64,000 nucleotides of DNA from Rhina ancylostomus (taxonomy: Eukaryota). The position numbers and the translations under genes are program-made. Shown piece after piece: positions 11,411 through 25,827 of this stretch. The stretch is from positions 20,144,700-20,208,699 of the forward strand of contig JARFYF010000029.1 of NCBI GenBank assembly GCA_030265395.1, in the 5' to 3' direction. How positions within the stretch are numbered: the stretch's first letter is position 1; each line of letters opens with the position of its first letter. The notes under the pieces were generated by a model. The model had not been told where the DNA came from. It was given only the letters and a program-made list of their open reading frames with translations, and searched no databases.

Positions 11411-13688
11411 ATCATTGAGGACAGGGTTCCACATTGATGGCAGCAACTGAATGTCATGTCTGCTCTGGGTGATGCTGCATGTGTGTCAGGCAGTCAAAGA
11501 TCCAAAAAGCTTCCATGATATGAGGACATCCCAAAGTGCTCTGCAGTCAATGAAGTTCTTTTGATGAGCAGAAATGTAAGAACAGTATGTTCTTAATTGG
11601 CCCCAACAGATAGCTGGGTGATTTTGACCAGAATATCTCTTTTAAATCATCTTTACTGAAGTTTAAGTTTTGGCTAGTGTTATGTACCAGCAACAACAGA
11701 AACACACTGAGACATGTATAAGTGTTAAAAACTACTTTATTAATAACTACTTNNNNNNNNNNNNNNGGATCTATGTTCATCCTGGACAGTGTACAAGTAG
11801 ATGAGGCATAGTCAGAGATGCACGAGTAAGACTAGTGCATCATCTAAGCTGATATAAACTTGATGGATTTCTGGAAAAGGACAGTAATAGTGAAGCCAGG
11901 ATATCTCAGAGGAAAATTGAACCTAGGATCCAACTGCCCTCCACATCACATGTTCTGCTTTTCAGCCACTTCAACCAGGGTTTACCAATTATTGCAATTG
12001 TGGTCTGTCACCAAAACATTTCATTATGTACTTCACAGGACATGGAAAACAATAACAATTTTTTATTCCAAAAAATCTCATCTACTCTTCTCAAGGATAG
12101 TTCTTAGAATTTTTTTTAGGAAGCTTCATTATGCAAAGTTCCCCTCTCTTATAAAAATATACTTTAAGTTCCCTGCTATGAATGACATGGGGAAACTGGC
12201 AGCAAATCTAAAAAAACAAATGTTCCTGTCATTTGTAGAAAATGGAGAATAGTTTGTGGCTCCTATAGTGGTTGAAGAGGCAAGCTGGGAACAAAATGCT
12301 ACTTGGGTACAAAGTAGTGTGGTGAATTTGAAATGTTTCATCTGAGAGACTGAAACTGATCTGAATGGCCCCTATGCTAAATTCAGTTCTTTCAAAGGCT
12401 AATAAGCTGTATAACCTCGTACTGATCAGTGGTGTTTTGACAAATTTTAAGAATTGGTTTGGGACCTATTTACATGCTCTTCACTAATTAGCCAGGTTCC
12501 CTGTGGCTCACCTAGTTACTGGGACATATTGCCATTAATTCCCAACTGTAAGCATGTCTGCAATTTATCCGACCAGTAATTTCCCTTTATTGGCACATTC
12601 TGTGTATTAGTACTTGCTCTCTCTGAAAGGCTATATATGGAAAGAGTGTACGAACACACTGCCCCTTGCTAAAGTTGCATTTTAAATAATTTGGCCCAAT
12701 TCCATTAGACGGTGTCTGGATCTAGATAAACAGTGCATTTAGAACATTTATAGAAATGAAAGTTTTACTTTGTCACTTAATCTTATTTCCATTTCCAGAG
12801 CAGTACGTAAGAGGATTTCCATTCTTGCAATCAAAGCCCTGTAGTTTTGATTGCCATGTATGAAATCAAATTAGTAGTAGTTAACTAGTAGCTACCCCTG
12901 AGTGCAGCTGGGTTTCATAACAAACTAATTAACTACCTGAATTCACATTGATTTTAAATAAGGATTTAATGTTAATTGCAACCAAATGTTGATTGATGCA
13001 AAGAAAGAGAGGTGCTGGTGAACTGAGTAACTAAAAATTTCAGGAGTATTTTTTGTAGTGAATAGAAATTTAATTTACAGAAGTAAATGAATGGTCAATG
13101 TGCCTAGACTTGCTCACAGAGGGCCATGAAAATCCAGTTTCAAAGTTTAGGAAAAAGGAACACCATTCCAGGATGTTCCTGGAAGGAGGATGTGCCAGGC
13201 TTCACATGTGCCTGAAACAGATGCAGGCTGGGAAGGGAATGTTCTGACTCCTTTTGCAGATAACTACTAGTTTGAACATTTCATTGTCGGGTTTTGTAGG
13301 AAGAAATGATGTTTTAGCTTCCTACTGAACTGAAGAGTCCCAATGATTTCCAGGCAATTAAGTCCATAAGTTATGGATAACGTTTTTCTATAAGCTCCAG
13401 CCAGAAGTTAATGTTATTGAGGATAGAGTAAGGCTAGAAGCTTTCTCTGATTTACTTAGGATTTATTCAGACATAAACTACATCGAGATGCCTGTAAAAT
13501 AACACAAGTCAAAAATTGCATGTGGATAACTGCAGTGTGCTTGTGGTGTGCATTATGTGTTCAGTATCCAGCTTTGCATGGGTAGTGTTGGAACCTGCTT
13601 TTCCCTTTAAAAGTATATTTGTATCTTAAACTAGGTCTGACAACTTTACAATTAATATCCAGTGACATACACATATAGCCATTCTAAG

Positions 13689-13790
13689 AGAAATAAAGGA
13701 CTGCAGATGCTGGAATCGAGATAAAAAACACCATGATGTTGGAGGAACTCAGCAGGTCAGGCAGCATCTGTGGAGAAAAGCAGGCAATCA
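13689..13790 (-). mobile_element. Short PLE-derived repeat truncated at the hammerhead cleavage position
   Basis: ctgcagatgctggaatc...ggaggaactcagcaggtcaggcagcatctgtggagaaaagcaggcaatc, then unrelated sequence. Confidence 0.75.
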
Positions 13791-14599
13791 TTCCAAACTG
13801 TGACCAACCATTGAGTGAAACCATTCTACTTTCAACCCTCTGAAAGAGCAGACACCTGCCTTGCTTATTCTTTATACTTTTTATATATTTGTTTTCAAAA
13901 ATATTTTCAATGCTTTATTGAAAGCCATTAGAGATATTTGCTTGGTCCACTTTCTAATAGACAATTTCATCCTAACAACTCTGAATCAAAACAAGAATAT
14001 AATTTCTTCCCAAACTCCATTGGTAATTAATTTTATGTCTAGTCTTCAACTTACCAACGGAAATAATTGGGGAAAGTGGACTAAAACTGGCAAAAGAAAG
14101 TCTGGCAGAGTGTAAAAGTCGCTGAATTACTTGCATCAAATGCTTTGTACTCCAGTTCAAGATCAGTTTTAAGTAATTGGTCCAAACATGGAACAGTTAT
14201 TTAAACAAGTGGAGAGGCAGGGGGAAGGTTGGGCTTCGCAGTGAGGTTATTGTGGATGGCCAATCCAGCAAGTACCTCTAGACATACAAACACGTAGAGC
14301 AGGTAGCTTGGTTTGTTAATGCTGATTTGACCAAGGCACAGTGTAAGGGCTTTGATTTTACCCAGTTCAGCCACTTGAGGCATCATAAAGTTATTACCAG
14401 TCCTAGAGTATGAAGCACCCCACAACAGTACGTTCTGTATCTTCACTTCCTCTGAGATGTGCAAGGAGCAGATGTGTTGAATTGTCAGTGAGCTGTAGGA
14501 CAATTCCATTACTTGGAGCAAAAAGATTTAAGGTGTTTGGTGTCGATATTAAGTAGACTAGAACACAAACCAGGAGCACTTTCCCACTATTTTTAAATA

Positions 14600-15030
14600 T
14601 TGCTTCATTCCCTTGTGGCTTAAATGTCTGTCAATCTCTGCCATGAACATATTCAATGATTACACCTCCACAGCCCTCTGGAATTCCAAAGAGTCCTAAC
14701 CCTCAGAGAAGAAATTCCTCCTTGGCTCTGTCTGAAATGGGGTTTTATTTATTGCAAAACAATGCCCCCAAGTTCTAGATACCTTCACTAGGGTATCTCA
14801 GTATCCACCTGATGAATCCCCTCAGAATCTTTATATGTTTCAATAGAATCACCTCTTGTTCTAGACTCCAATGAGTATAGGCTCCACTTGCTCAACCTTA
14901 CTACACGCACACCAATGCCTTCACCCCATGAATCATCTAACAAACAAACTCTACACTCTCCCCTAATTCCAGTAAATCAGTCTTTGAATATGGAGACCAA
15001 AACTGTATGTACTACTCCTGGTGTCTTTAA
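14600..15030 (-). mobile_element. CR1-type LINE fragment
   Basis: ctccacagccctctggaattccaaag...gagaagaaattcctc...gagaccaaaactgt, homologous to 48445-48990. Confidence 0.7.
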
Positions 15031-18000
15031 CTTATTGTGTAGCATCTACTCAAACCCCCAGATCACTTTGCACTGCAACATTTTGGAGTCTTTGAGTGCT
15101 TTGTGGGCCAGGTCCCTAGTGCAGATAGAAGAGGGCCTACGGAGTGATGGTGGAGGGAATCTCCAATATCAGCTGATGTCTGTGACTCTCTGCATTCGGC
15201 CACTGATGTTGCTTGCCTCATCTGTGGGCAGCTCCCTCAAGCTAAACACCTGACGTTACAGAGGAGGAATTTGCAGAACTGACTGGGTTGCGATTTAACC
15301 TAATCCATGCTTGGATTATTGCTGGTAGTCCATTGGTTATTTTTCATGGCTGTGTTGCTACATTTCAGGAGATAGAGTCAAACTGTCTTGCTGATTAGTG
15401 AGGATTGGCAGGCACACTTCAATGGCACAGAGTGATAGTTTGTGCAATGTTTCCATGGTGTTATCATCTCAGGGTTCTGCTCAACCTTGATTATTTTTAT
15501 CTCTTATTCTTATAACCTTCAATCCCATTCTGAAATAGACATGTTGCTGTACATGATATAATAAGTTGGACTAAAGTGTTAGCTTCTNNNNNNNNNNNNN
15601 NNNNNNNNNNNNNNNNNNNNNNNNNNNNNNNNNNNNNNNNNNNNNNNNNNNNNNNNNNNNNNNNNNNNNNNNNNNNNNNNNNNNNNNNNNNNNNNNNNNN
15701 NNNNNNNNNNNNNNNNNNNNNNNNNNNNNNNNNNNNNNNNNNNNNNNNNNNNNNNNNNNNNNNNNNNNNNNNNNNNNNNNNNNNNNNNNNNNNNNNNNNN
15801 NNNNNNNNNNNNNNNNNNNNNNNNNNNNNNNNNNNNNNNNNNNNNNNNNNNNNNNNNNNNNNNNTCACTAATGGGCCAGTCATTGTTCCATAGCTAAGTC
15901 TCTGACATTAAGTACTGGGAAGCTGTTCAGCTGTGGAGAGGAGCTAGGTCTAATCCTTCATTCACATAGCATTATTGCAGAAATATTTGCAGCAGGAACA
16001 GCTCGGACTGGACGCCTGGATGATTTCCTTTGCACTTGTTCAGGTGTAGCACTTGTACTCAGCAAAAACTAAAAGAAAAATCAAACCCATGTGCTTCCTG
16101 AATGGTGAAATTCTGCAGTTACCTTAGCTCTGACTCATTTTAGTCAGCTAACATATAAAGTTTTATGTGTAGGCAGAAAAGTAACATGGATACATTGGTC
16201 CATTGACTACATATGATGTCAACAGAATCTCTGTCTTTATGGAGGACAAAACTCGATACTTTCTCAAGCAATTTTTTCTATAAATCTATTTCTTTGTTGC
16301 CTATTCCCCACTTCTACCCTCACTTAAATAAGGCAGCAGTGTAGGTATTTCATGAATGGAACTCCACTATTGAACCCATCAAATAGTGGGTTCAAGGGAG
16401 AGGTCTCTGGAACGCAGCCATAGTGCGGTGGGTGCATTGGCTGCACTCGCCGGGACTAATGGGCCACAAGGAATGGTGGAAATTGAATCATGGGTATAGG
16501 ACCTTGATCCATTAAACAATTACTCTTCCCGTCACAACTTCCAGGGATAGAATTGGGATCCTCGCTCCATCGCTCAGGAGGCTCATTAGCTTCAATACTC
16601 TTGAACTGCTGCTTTGCAGGTAGAGTGGAGTTCACCATCCTGCGGCTTGTGCTCTTAACATGGGCAACACTCCAGGGACTGGAGCTTGCACTTTTGGGTT
16701 CCAGTAAAGTTTGTGATGGCTCCACCAGATTGCCACTGGAATGAAATGGCTGGGGAGTAGTCTCTGATTGAGACTGGCTCTGCCAGCAGTTGTGCAGAGC
16801 ACGCACATCCATTAGTCCAGTGCTCGATCATGTGAGATGCAATATGAAGAGCTTGATGTGGCAGCCTTGAATCCCTTTGTTTAATATTAGTGATTTTCTG
16901 AAAGTCCTTTTGAAAATCATATGTTGGGGCATGAATAATTACAAAGGTGTACAAAGAGAGAGCTCCCATCATTCAATAACTTGTGCTGAAACTTAACGCT
17001 GATGGTGAAGGGATAGATTTTGGTGGCTGACTGGTGAATCAGATAGCCTACTGCCTAACTAGTCAGCTGCGGCACCTGTGGAGGATGAAGGACTGTTGTT
17101 AAAGGGAAGGAGGGATCTAAACTTTGCCATTGTTATTACAGGACTACCTGGGAGAACCACTTTAGATAATATTAAACATCCGTCCAGAATTGCTTTGACT
17201 GGCTTCCAGCTGATATTAGCTGGAAAGGGCATTCAGGTCAAGAATAACAAATCATTGCCAGTGTGCGTGCTCCTTGATTGATGGGATAAAACCAATTGTG
17301 GGACAAGGGAAAAGAGTTTTCATGGTTACACTGGTAGTGGAGATAAGAGTTTACCCTTACTATACTGTTAGATAGGAGACATGAAGATTCTCCCAGTAAT
17401 CGCTTACTGACAGAAAACAAATTTAAATTTGGCAATTCTTTGGAGCTATCAGCTGTAGCCATGGAGAGGCTGAAATTGTGACAAACTCTGTGTATTCTTT
17501 GCCTTACCCCAACATGGTAACAGGAATTGGGACCTCAGGCAGTGGAAGTGGAATTGAAGCTGCAACAACCTGTACCACCTGACTCAGATAGCCTTCCAAA
17601 TAGTCGAGGAGGTCCATTAGCATTCCACATAATTAATAAGCAAGCACTGTATAAACAGCTGAATAAATACTGTGTTCCTGGCAGCACTGGGAACGCTTGA
17701 CTCTGCCCTCACTTTGCACACACTAGGATTATGCAGGGGTTAATTTTAAGGTGTGCATAGACAGAGATCACTTTTGTTCCTGTAGCAGAAATACAATGGT
17801 TCAGCGTAGTTTCTAAACTGATGGGGGTTTTAGTTATTTGGCACTACCCTCAGCACCTGCCTGGCTGGATTTCAAAACACATAATTGCAGTGATCTCATC
17901 TGCATGAGGGATAGAGAGATTACTGTGGCATTTCCTGCTGAGGGGCATACTTCACATTTAGTGCCCAGGCATTCCATGGTTCATTTAGGCCAGACAAATA

Positions 18001-18624
18001 AACAAGCCATAATGGGCTACGAGCCAGAACACAAATGCGTCCGCTCCAGTCAGTCACCTGAACAACCTTGAGCTTTTAAGAGTTTCTGTTCAATCTTTAA
18101 AACAAATTGATCTTTCCACAGGCGTAAGGTTTGAGCAACTGGTGTGAAGAGTCACAATACAGGAGGGAAAATGTAGATGAAAGGAAATGAGAGAGACGTC
18201 ACCAATAACATGAGGTGTCCATGTGGCCAGGCTGAGATCTCCATCCTTTGTTTCCTTATATTACAGGGAGCCTTGGCTTTTCGGTCAAGCTGATTTTATG
18301 CTAGCTTCCACCTGAACCCAAGCTGTTATTTCCAGAACAACTGACTGAGATTTGCATGCACAGTTATAGGGCAATGAATCTTAGCCATGATCCTTGCCAG
18401 TGAAAGTTGTGCAGCAGAGCACAACTCTGCAATTTTCAACTCAGGAGACTGAAAATTGGGTCCTGGTACATCAATCCCAAATCAATCATCACAGATCCCA
18501 TTGGGAAATTGCTACAATGGAACCTCCTTGTGAAGGGAGGTCAGGAGCTGTCCTAAGAAGAGGCTCTCCACATTGGAGGTCTTTCCTTTGTGGTACCATA
18601 TTGTTCTATTAAGTAACTGGATAA

Positions 18625-18912
18625 ATAACTGAGTTCTAATCCCACTAAGGAGCTTAAATTCACATAATTCAACAAATCTGGAATTTAGAAACAGCTTGTA
18701 TCAAAGCTGTAACCATCAAACCATCAGATTGTTGTAGAAATCCATTTGATTCATAATGCTTTTCAGGGAAGGAAATTTTCCATCCTTGTTTGACCTTAGT
18801 GTCACTCCAAATCCACCAATATAGTTGTCTCTAAACTACCTTCTCAGTTCAGGAGCAACTAGGGTTCGGCAATAAATTGTTGGTAATACCCACCCATGAA
18901 TGAATACAAAAT
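18625..18912 (+). mobile_element. SINE with LINE-derived 3' tail
   Basis: B-box-like gagttctaatccc, central tttcagggaaggaaat, and tail ggcaataaat...cccatgaatgaata shared with the LINE at 47270-47920. Confidence 0.55.
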
Positions 18913-19099
18913 TAATGCAGAACTCTATCTTTGTGTCTCAGAGTTTCGGTCTCCCCTTGAATGGGCTCCAATATCTCTCCCCCTCACCTCAAAAGAATCC
19001 CACATGAAATTCATCCATCACATGAATACAGCTCTCCTCTTTGTACTAGCCAGGTACTTCTGAGCACGTGGACTCTACTCCCACATGATGGTGCTGCTT

Positions 19100-19265
19100 T
19101 AATAGAGTGGTACAGCATGGAGACAGGCCCTTCGGTTCACTGGGTCCACACCAACCATCAATTGTTCATTGATGCTCAGCCACTGTATTCTCCCCATATT
19201 ACCATCAACTCCCCTCAATCCATCCTCCCTGCCCCCCCCCCAATCCCAGGTTCTACCACTCATCT
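19100..19265 (-). mobile_element. 3' end of an HE1-like SINE or HER1-like LINE running into a gap
   Basis: atagagtggtacagcatggagacaggcccttcgg is the reverse complement of the CR1/HER1-type tail. Confidence 0.6.
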
Positions 19266-20651
19266 NNNNNNNNNNNNNNNNNNNNNNNNNNNNNNNNNNN
19301 NNNNNNNNNNNNNNNNNNNNNNNNNNNNNNNNNNNNNNNNNNNNNNNNNNNNNNNNNNNNNNNNNNNNNNNNNNNNNNNNNNNNNNNNNNNNNNNNNNNN
19401 NNNNNNNNNNNNNNNNNNNNNNNNNNNNNNNNNNNNNNNNNNNNNNNNNNNNNNNNNNNNNNNNNNNNNNNNNNNNNNNNNNNNNNNNNNNNNNNNNNNN
19501 NNNNNNNNNNNNNNNNNNNNNNNNNNNNNNNNNNNNNNNNNNNNNNNNNNNNNNNNNNNNNNNNNNNNNNNNNNNNNNNNNNNNNNNNNNNNNNNNNNNN
19601 NNNNNNNNNNNNNNNNNNNNNNNNNNGTTCCTAGCATTGTGATGCTGAAGGACAGTTTGAATATTGAGAATGAACAATCCGTTCTAGAGCATTGGCTTTC
19701 TGGACACTGTAACGTAACTCATAGTTCCAGCACCACACAACCTGTTACAGAACTGGAGTGCAGAGGAGATGTCCTGTGGCCCTGTGGGTTTGCAACATAC
19801 TTTGAGGACCAGTTGTACTTTAGAATTAAAGGCTATGTGCAAAGTTCAGTAAGAGGGGCTTTTGGCAAAACATATGAAGTGGGCCAGATAAGTTTTAATA
19901 TGGCAAGATCATATACAGTTAAATATATAGTGCAAGTTGGTGTTCTCTTCCTTCAGGATTGGTTTGGACTGGAGATAGGGGTGAGGGGAGAGAGTGGTGA
20001 TTTGTCTCCTTGCTATTTAATTATTGTGGAGATTGAGTTTTGATGCCATTAGTCACACCTTCCTTGAAACTTGTGCTGCCCCAGTCCTTCTGTTCCATTC
20101 TGAAAAGGAGGTATACAGTGGCAATATCTCAAAGACACTCTGAAAAATATATTATCACTTGGGGACTCCAGAAGTGGTACAGAAACAGATTATTAAATGG
20201 CCTCTATAAATAGAATTCATGATTTATTTTTATCAGGAATTAAAAGCATGACATGGGCAATGAATCTGTTTTAGGATGTTAGTGGTGTTAATTCATGGTT
20301 CTCTCTCATAGACCCTATCATGCTGTGCTGATTTGTGGCTTGGTGCTCTTCCCTCTCCACAGAGTGTTGAAACATCTCCCCATTACTTCTGTTTGTCCAC
20401 AGTCATTCACCATTCACACCAACCTCATCTATTTGGGAAGCATAGATGAATTCCAGTTTAAATGGGTAAAATCTGTATGTATCCCCACCTTCACCTCCTG
20501 TGCTGTGATTTTTCTCAACTGCCAAGTCCCACTTCTATCTCGAAGTTTCGGNNNNNNNNNNNNNNNNNNNNNNNNNNNNNNNNNNNNNNNNNNNNNNNNN
20601 NNNNNNNNNNNNNNNNNNNNNNNNNNNNNNNNNNNNNNNNNNNNNNNNNNN

Positions 20652-20665
20652 TTGTGTGTGCATAT

Positions 20666-20731
<66 letters not shown>
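20652..20731. repeat. (TG)n(TA)n compound microsatellite beside a gap
   Basis: Seen directly. Confidence 0.95.
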
Positions 20732-20733
<2 letters not shown>

Positions 20734-20929
20734 CTTTGCCACTGTGGTATTTCTCAAAGAATTTCTAATTGACAAATATTCATAGGTGTGTTTGTTGATG
20801 TGACTTCCCAGTGTAAGCTCAAGGAATAGCATCTCATCTTCTGACTGAGCACGCCACTACCCTCTGGACACAATCTTGAATTCAACACTTGCAGTTAATC
20901 AGCCTTTCCAGTTCGGATAGGAACTAGCC

Positions 20930-21385
20930 ACTTCTGATAACAGGTCATTAACCTGCAACATTAATTCCATTTTTCTCTCTTCACAAATGTTACCAGCCTT
21001 AATGAATATTTCCAGAATTTTCTATTACTTCAGATTTCCAGCATCTGCATTGTTTGGTATTTCAAGGTCATAATTGTTTTTCATTCTCTCTTCTCTGTTC
21101 TGATCATCTTCTGCTATTTACATCTCCTCCAGTACATCAACTGCAGTTACCAAGCCTTTACCATTCTTTCTCAGCCAGCACCACTACTATTCTGTTTCTT
21201 CTTGGTCTCCATCCCATCGCACATATCCCCTTTGTTCTCTGCATCCCACCACCTCTCTGCAACTTAAAGCATGCTTGATTCCTAATTTCGAGCTTTGATG
21301 AAAGGTCATCAAGCTGAAAAGTTTAACTCTGTTTCTCACTTCATAGATATCGTCTGAACATTGTTGAATATTTCTTGCATTTATA
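20930..21385 (+). mobile_element. Two tandem degenerate PLE terminal repeats with an internal spacer
   Basis: Hammerhead-like cores at 20931-20966 and 21291-21328, each followed by a degenerate family block; the first ends gatttccagcatctgca. Confidence 0.6.
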
Positions 21386-21599
21386 AACCTAACATCTCTA
21401 TTGGATGCTTCAAGTGGAATCTTTAATTTCATATTTCCAATTTAACTGCAAGCGAATCTATATAAAGGAGTTTCAATTATATCACTTGTCAGGTGGGTAA
21501 TATAAGCAGTCAGAACAGACCATATTTTAAAGCACTGTAGACATAACAATACATGTAATTTAGATAAAAAATGACTGTGTCATTAAATAGCTTTACATA

Positions 21600-21790
21600 G
21601 AAATAAAGCACAGAGATAGTCCAGCTGGCTCCACACAAACAGCCTCTTATTCCTGTTCAACTGAGCATAGAAGTATATCCTTCTATTCATTTCTTGCTCT
21701 TACACTTAACTAGCTTCCTCTTAAATGCATCTGGGTTATTTGCTTCATCTACTTTACATAGAAGCAAGTTGCACATTTGTACCACTCCGT
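21600..21790 (-). mobile_element. Degenerate CR1-type 3' fragment
   Basis: ctagcttcctcttaaatgcatct...gcttcatctact...ttgcacatttgtaccactc pattern. Confidence 0.45.
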
Positions 21791-24700
21791 GGTTTTCTTC
21801 TCGATTCCTTCTTGCATTTAGGAATAAATATCTAATAGTTATGGGCTCAAAGACTGCATTTCCCAGAAACAAAAGTGTGGTCAAACAATGGGGCAACGTG
21901 TGGAGAATGGCAAGAGCTTGTGAATGCAGAACATATCACGAAGCACTGAGCTCCAACTGCACTGCAAGTAAATTGCACTCAGTTCTGGGTTCTGATTTCC
22001 AGGAACCATTTCTAAGCAATGAAAATGGAGTCCTGAGGTGGTGCAGTACCCATCAGGGTTGCATGTTCTCTGTCAGCCCATGAATATTTCCTTGCATTTA
22101 TACAGTAGGTGGAAATAAAGGAGGCCATTTGGCCATCTTACAATGTTTTCAAAAGTCTAAATTTATCACAAGACAGTTCTTATGGCCTGGTGGTGTCTTT
22201 ACTGACAACATACTGGTTAAAGAAAGGTGCCCTTGGCAACACATTTCTGACAAAAATGAGTTAAACTTTGTAGGGCGATTATTTTAATCCAGTAGCAGTA
22301 CCAGCAATCCTGATTTTGTGGCATGAGTCTGCTGCTGGAAAAAGAAGCTGGATTTAATGTGAAAGCGTGGGGTGGTAGGCAGCAACCATCCAAAATCCAA
22401 ATTAAAACAGCAGCAGTATGAGAACAGATATAATGCTTACCAGCTCTAGTCTGCTTCCTTTAGTCCTTGGCTCAGACTTTGATTTTCTTTGATCTCTGTT
22501 TTTATTTGATCCCAGTCTTTCATTATTTGGGCCCTCTTCATACAATATTCAATGTGCCTCAGGTTATCTCAGACGATCCCAAGTCACAGATTGGGACAAA
22601 TGGCTTTTCAGGGCCTCTCAGTATGCTGCTCCAGAGCATACATGCCACACAACTGACAATAGCCACTGCCATTTCCGCCTTTTCACTTACACTGCACACC
22701 CTGAACTTCAAAAAATTTTAAGTAAATGATGTGAATTATTTTAAAGCATTGGGAGCTTCCCTTCTCTCTGCCAACAGAGATACCAGAAAGTGGCTGACAA
22801 GCTCTTTGAATATGTTTATTGTGGTATTGTCAACATCACAGTTTAACTTGCAAGTCACAAACCTAATGCAAATAATGAATTTCTTGGCAGTATTGAACCA
22901 TAAGAAATTCAGATTTTAGTATTCCTGTAACTATTTGTGGCCCCCAGCACTCATCAGTTACATTAAGAATATAGATGGCTTTATAGCCGATCAGTATTAC
23001 CAAAGCTGCTTCCATAAATGTACTAGACGTTCATTTTCTTTTTGACTTAAAGCACAGTTGCAGTCATGTGAGAGCACCTGTGACTCAGAGAAGAAAGAGT
23101 AGATCAAATTGCCTTCCAGTGTGGTAATACAGTGATTTACAATGCTTAGACAATATCAAAAACCTTGAATCAAGCTTGATTCTGCTAATTTGAGCAAATC
23201 TCTAAGCTTTGTTGCACTTATGAAATGCTTTCAAACTGTGGCGTTTCAGCTGCTATGTTTTGATATTTATCCCCCTTAGAGGTCAACTCTGTTAAATAAT
23301 ATAATAAAAAATTAATCATAGGGAAACCCACAAGAAAATTATCCCGGAAGCTTCCTGTTATACTAGCTGTAATTTAATAAATCCCCTCATATCAAAGATT
23401 AAAGAAAACCTGGAAGAGGCAAATTATAACCAAGTTTTCTTTCTAGTGCAGAGTAATGATCAGTCATTTTTCTTTTCCCCATATACAATAAATAATTTCA
23501 AAGAGATGGACAGTTGACAACACAGTGGGAATTCTGTGTGTAGAAACTAGTTTCAATGATGCAGCATTTAAAGCTGACTTTTAAGTGACTTGCCAAAACC
23601 TTGTCCAGCCTGATTGCTCTTGTATAAAAAATTCTAGCTACATGTTCTGATTCCACAGCCACAATAATCTGCGATGCACCTCTCCCTCCTCCTTGCCTTC
23701 CATAGGTTTTTATTGGGAGGTTGGGTAGGGGGGCATGGGGAGAACAATAGAAGTTAAGAAATAACTAACTTGTGCCGACAGAAGTCATTTAGAAGTTTCC
23801 TTGGGGTTTCGTGGGTTGGGGAACAGATGTGGTTTCCAACATAGACAGTAGCCTGACATCAGGCACTGTTGGGAGGAGATCTGTGAGACAGATCCTCTCA
23901 TTGATCTCCATGGGAGGTAATGTGTTGGTCAAATGAAAATTTTGACATTATTAACTCTTTCAGTTGCATTAGCTTACATTTCATTCTTGGATTCATGCAT
24001 TTGTGTTTGAAGTCTTCACCCACCTACTCCCTCTGAACAAAGACGTAATGAGAGAAAATAGAGGACAATAATAGTCAATAGCCATGTTAATGATATTTGC
24101 TGCTCAGAATTAAAAATTGAGCATTAGCACATGACATGGCAAATTTAGACTATATGGGTCTCAGGAAGTTTGCAGAGCTTCACCTCAGCTACATTGCTAC
24201 AGTTGTACACAAAAGTCTACAATTTTATGCAGGGTTCAATCCCTTAAAACAAAGCTATGAATAATGGTTGCTTATTCACTTTAGAACAAGGTTGTTGGCT
24301 CTTACAAATTAAACACGGTCATGTAGGCAGATCTTACTGTGCTTAGTCTACAGTCAAGTTCTTTCATTTAACTCACGCTAGAGATTTAACAGCACATTTA
24401 GTAGACAATCCAGTGATTTTCAGCAGCATCATGCATTATAGCATGACTGCACATCCCCTTCAAATTCCCAATCTCAAATTTTATTATTGATTTTAAAGGT
24501 TAGTTACAGGCAGAGAGTCAGTAAAATATCCCAGATGAGCAGTTCAAGGCAGCTCTAGAGTACACAGTTAGTGGAAGCAGACAGCTCAGAGTATATTGGA
24601 TGGGAACCAAGAAGAAGCCAATGAGGTCTAGGAGAAAGGTGCAATTCAGTGATGTTTCAGCAGGATAGTCATTGTTGCTTTGTCACTAGTATGAGAGCCA

Positions 24701-25368
24701 TCTTGCCTTCAGTTAGGACCCAGGATGAGAGAAATGCTCAGTTATCTTTGTTTTGTTTTAGGTGTGTTCAAGGAAAGAATGTTGGTCAAATACCAAGAGA
24801 CCTTCCAGCTGTTTGTCAAATACAGCTAAAGGCCTTAAACATTTCCCTGAATTACCAGAACAGGGAAATTAACCAGTTACTGCCCTGTGGTTTGAACATT
24901 AATAAGCTGAACTTCTCTAGACCAACTCAGCATCAGTTGTATATTGGAAAATAGACAGTAGCTTTTAACTCTATGCCTGGTGCTGCCAGAGTTCAGAGTA
25001 TTACATAATTTCTATATCTTTCCTATTCTCTTCCTCTTGGAATGTTCAATTGAAATTGATCAATTCCATGTTTGGATCCTTTCCATATAGATCAAAGTTT
25101 TTGTGCTTTTTCTTGTTGCATATTCACGCCCAAGGTATACGGTATGTGTGGGGTTGAAACCTTATTGGAGTGTAGTACAAGTGCAGTACAATTTTCTTTC
25201 TAAAAGAATAGATTGCTCCAACATAGATTGCTGCACCCGACTGTTCAATTCTTACTGAACAATATTTGGTTTCTTCCAAAACCTGTATAGAACAGGAAAG
25301 AGGTGCACAATCTCACTGTTGGTGTGGGGTATTGAGATAATTAGAGAAATTGTCTGTACCTTTAGTAT

Positions 25369-25827
25369 CACACAAGATGCTGTTGGGACTCAGTAGGTCA
25401 GGCAGCATCTATGGAAGGAAATGGACAGTCGACACTTTGGGTCCAGATCCTTCATCTGGACTGGAGGATAGAGGGGAGATGGCCCATATAAAAAGGTGGA
25501 GGGAACAGGTAGAGTAAGGGCAAGCAGGTGATAGGTGTATCCAGGTGAGGATCCACCTATCTTCCTCTCAGTTTCTCGCACCATTTTTACTCTCTCTCAA
25601 CTGCCTATCACCCCTCCTCACCTGGATCCACCAATTGCTTGCTAGTTCTTGCTCCAGCCCTTCTCTTCACCTTCTTATACTGGCTCTCTCCTCTCCATCA
25701 TTCAGTCCAGATGAAGGGTCTTGACCTGAATTGTCAACTGTCCATTTCCCTCCTTAGATGCTGACTGACCCACTGAGTTCCTCCAGTATTTTATGTGTTG
25801 CTCTGGATTACAGTGTCTTGTGTCTCT
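25369..25827. mobile_element. Inverted pair of PLE terminal repeats inserted as one unit
   Basis: Arms of about 180 bp at 25369-25550 and 25615-25800 are reverse complements. Flanking duplication tgtacctttagtat (25355-25368) / tgtatctttagtat (25828-25841). Confidence 0.8.

Noticed and set aside
15120-15253. Peptide SDGGGNLQY resembling the Harbinger transposase GGALQY motif
   Set aside because: No flanking RFRCL, CCxLHN or DDE motifs; the match is too short.
16456-16972. Overlapping 105-118 aa ORFs in TIMP3 intron 1
   Set aside because: No recognisable domain or convincing splice context; such lengths are expected by chance.
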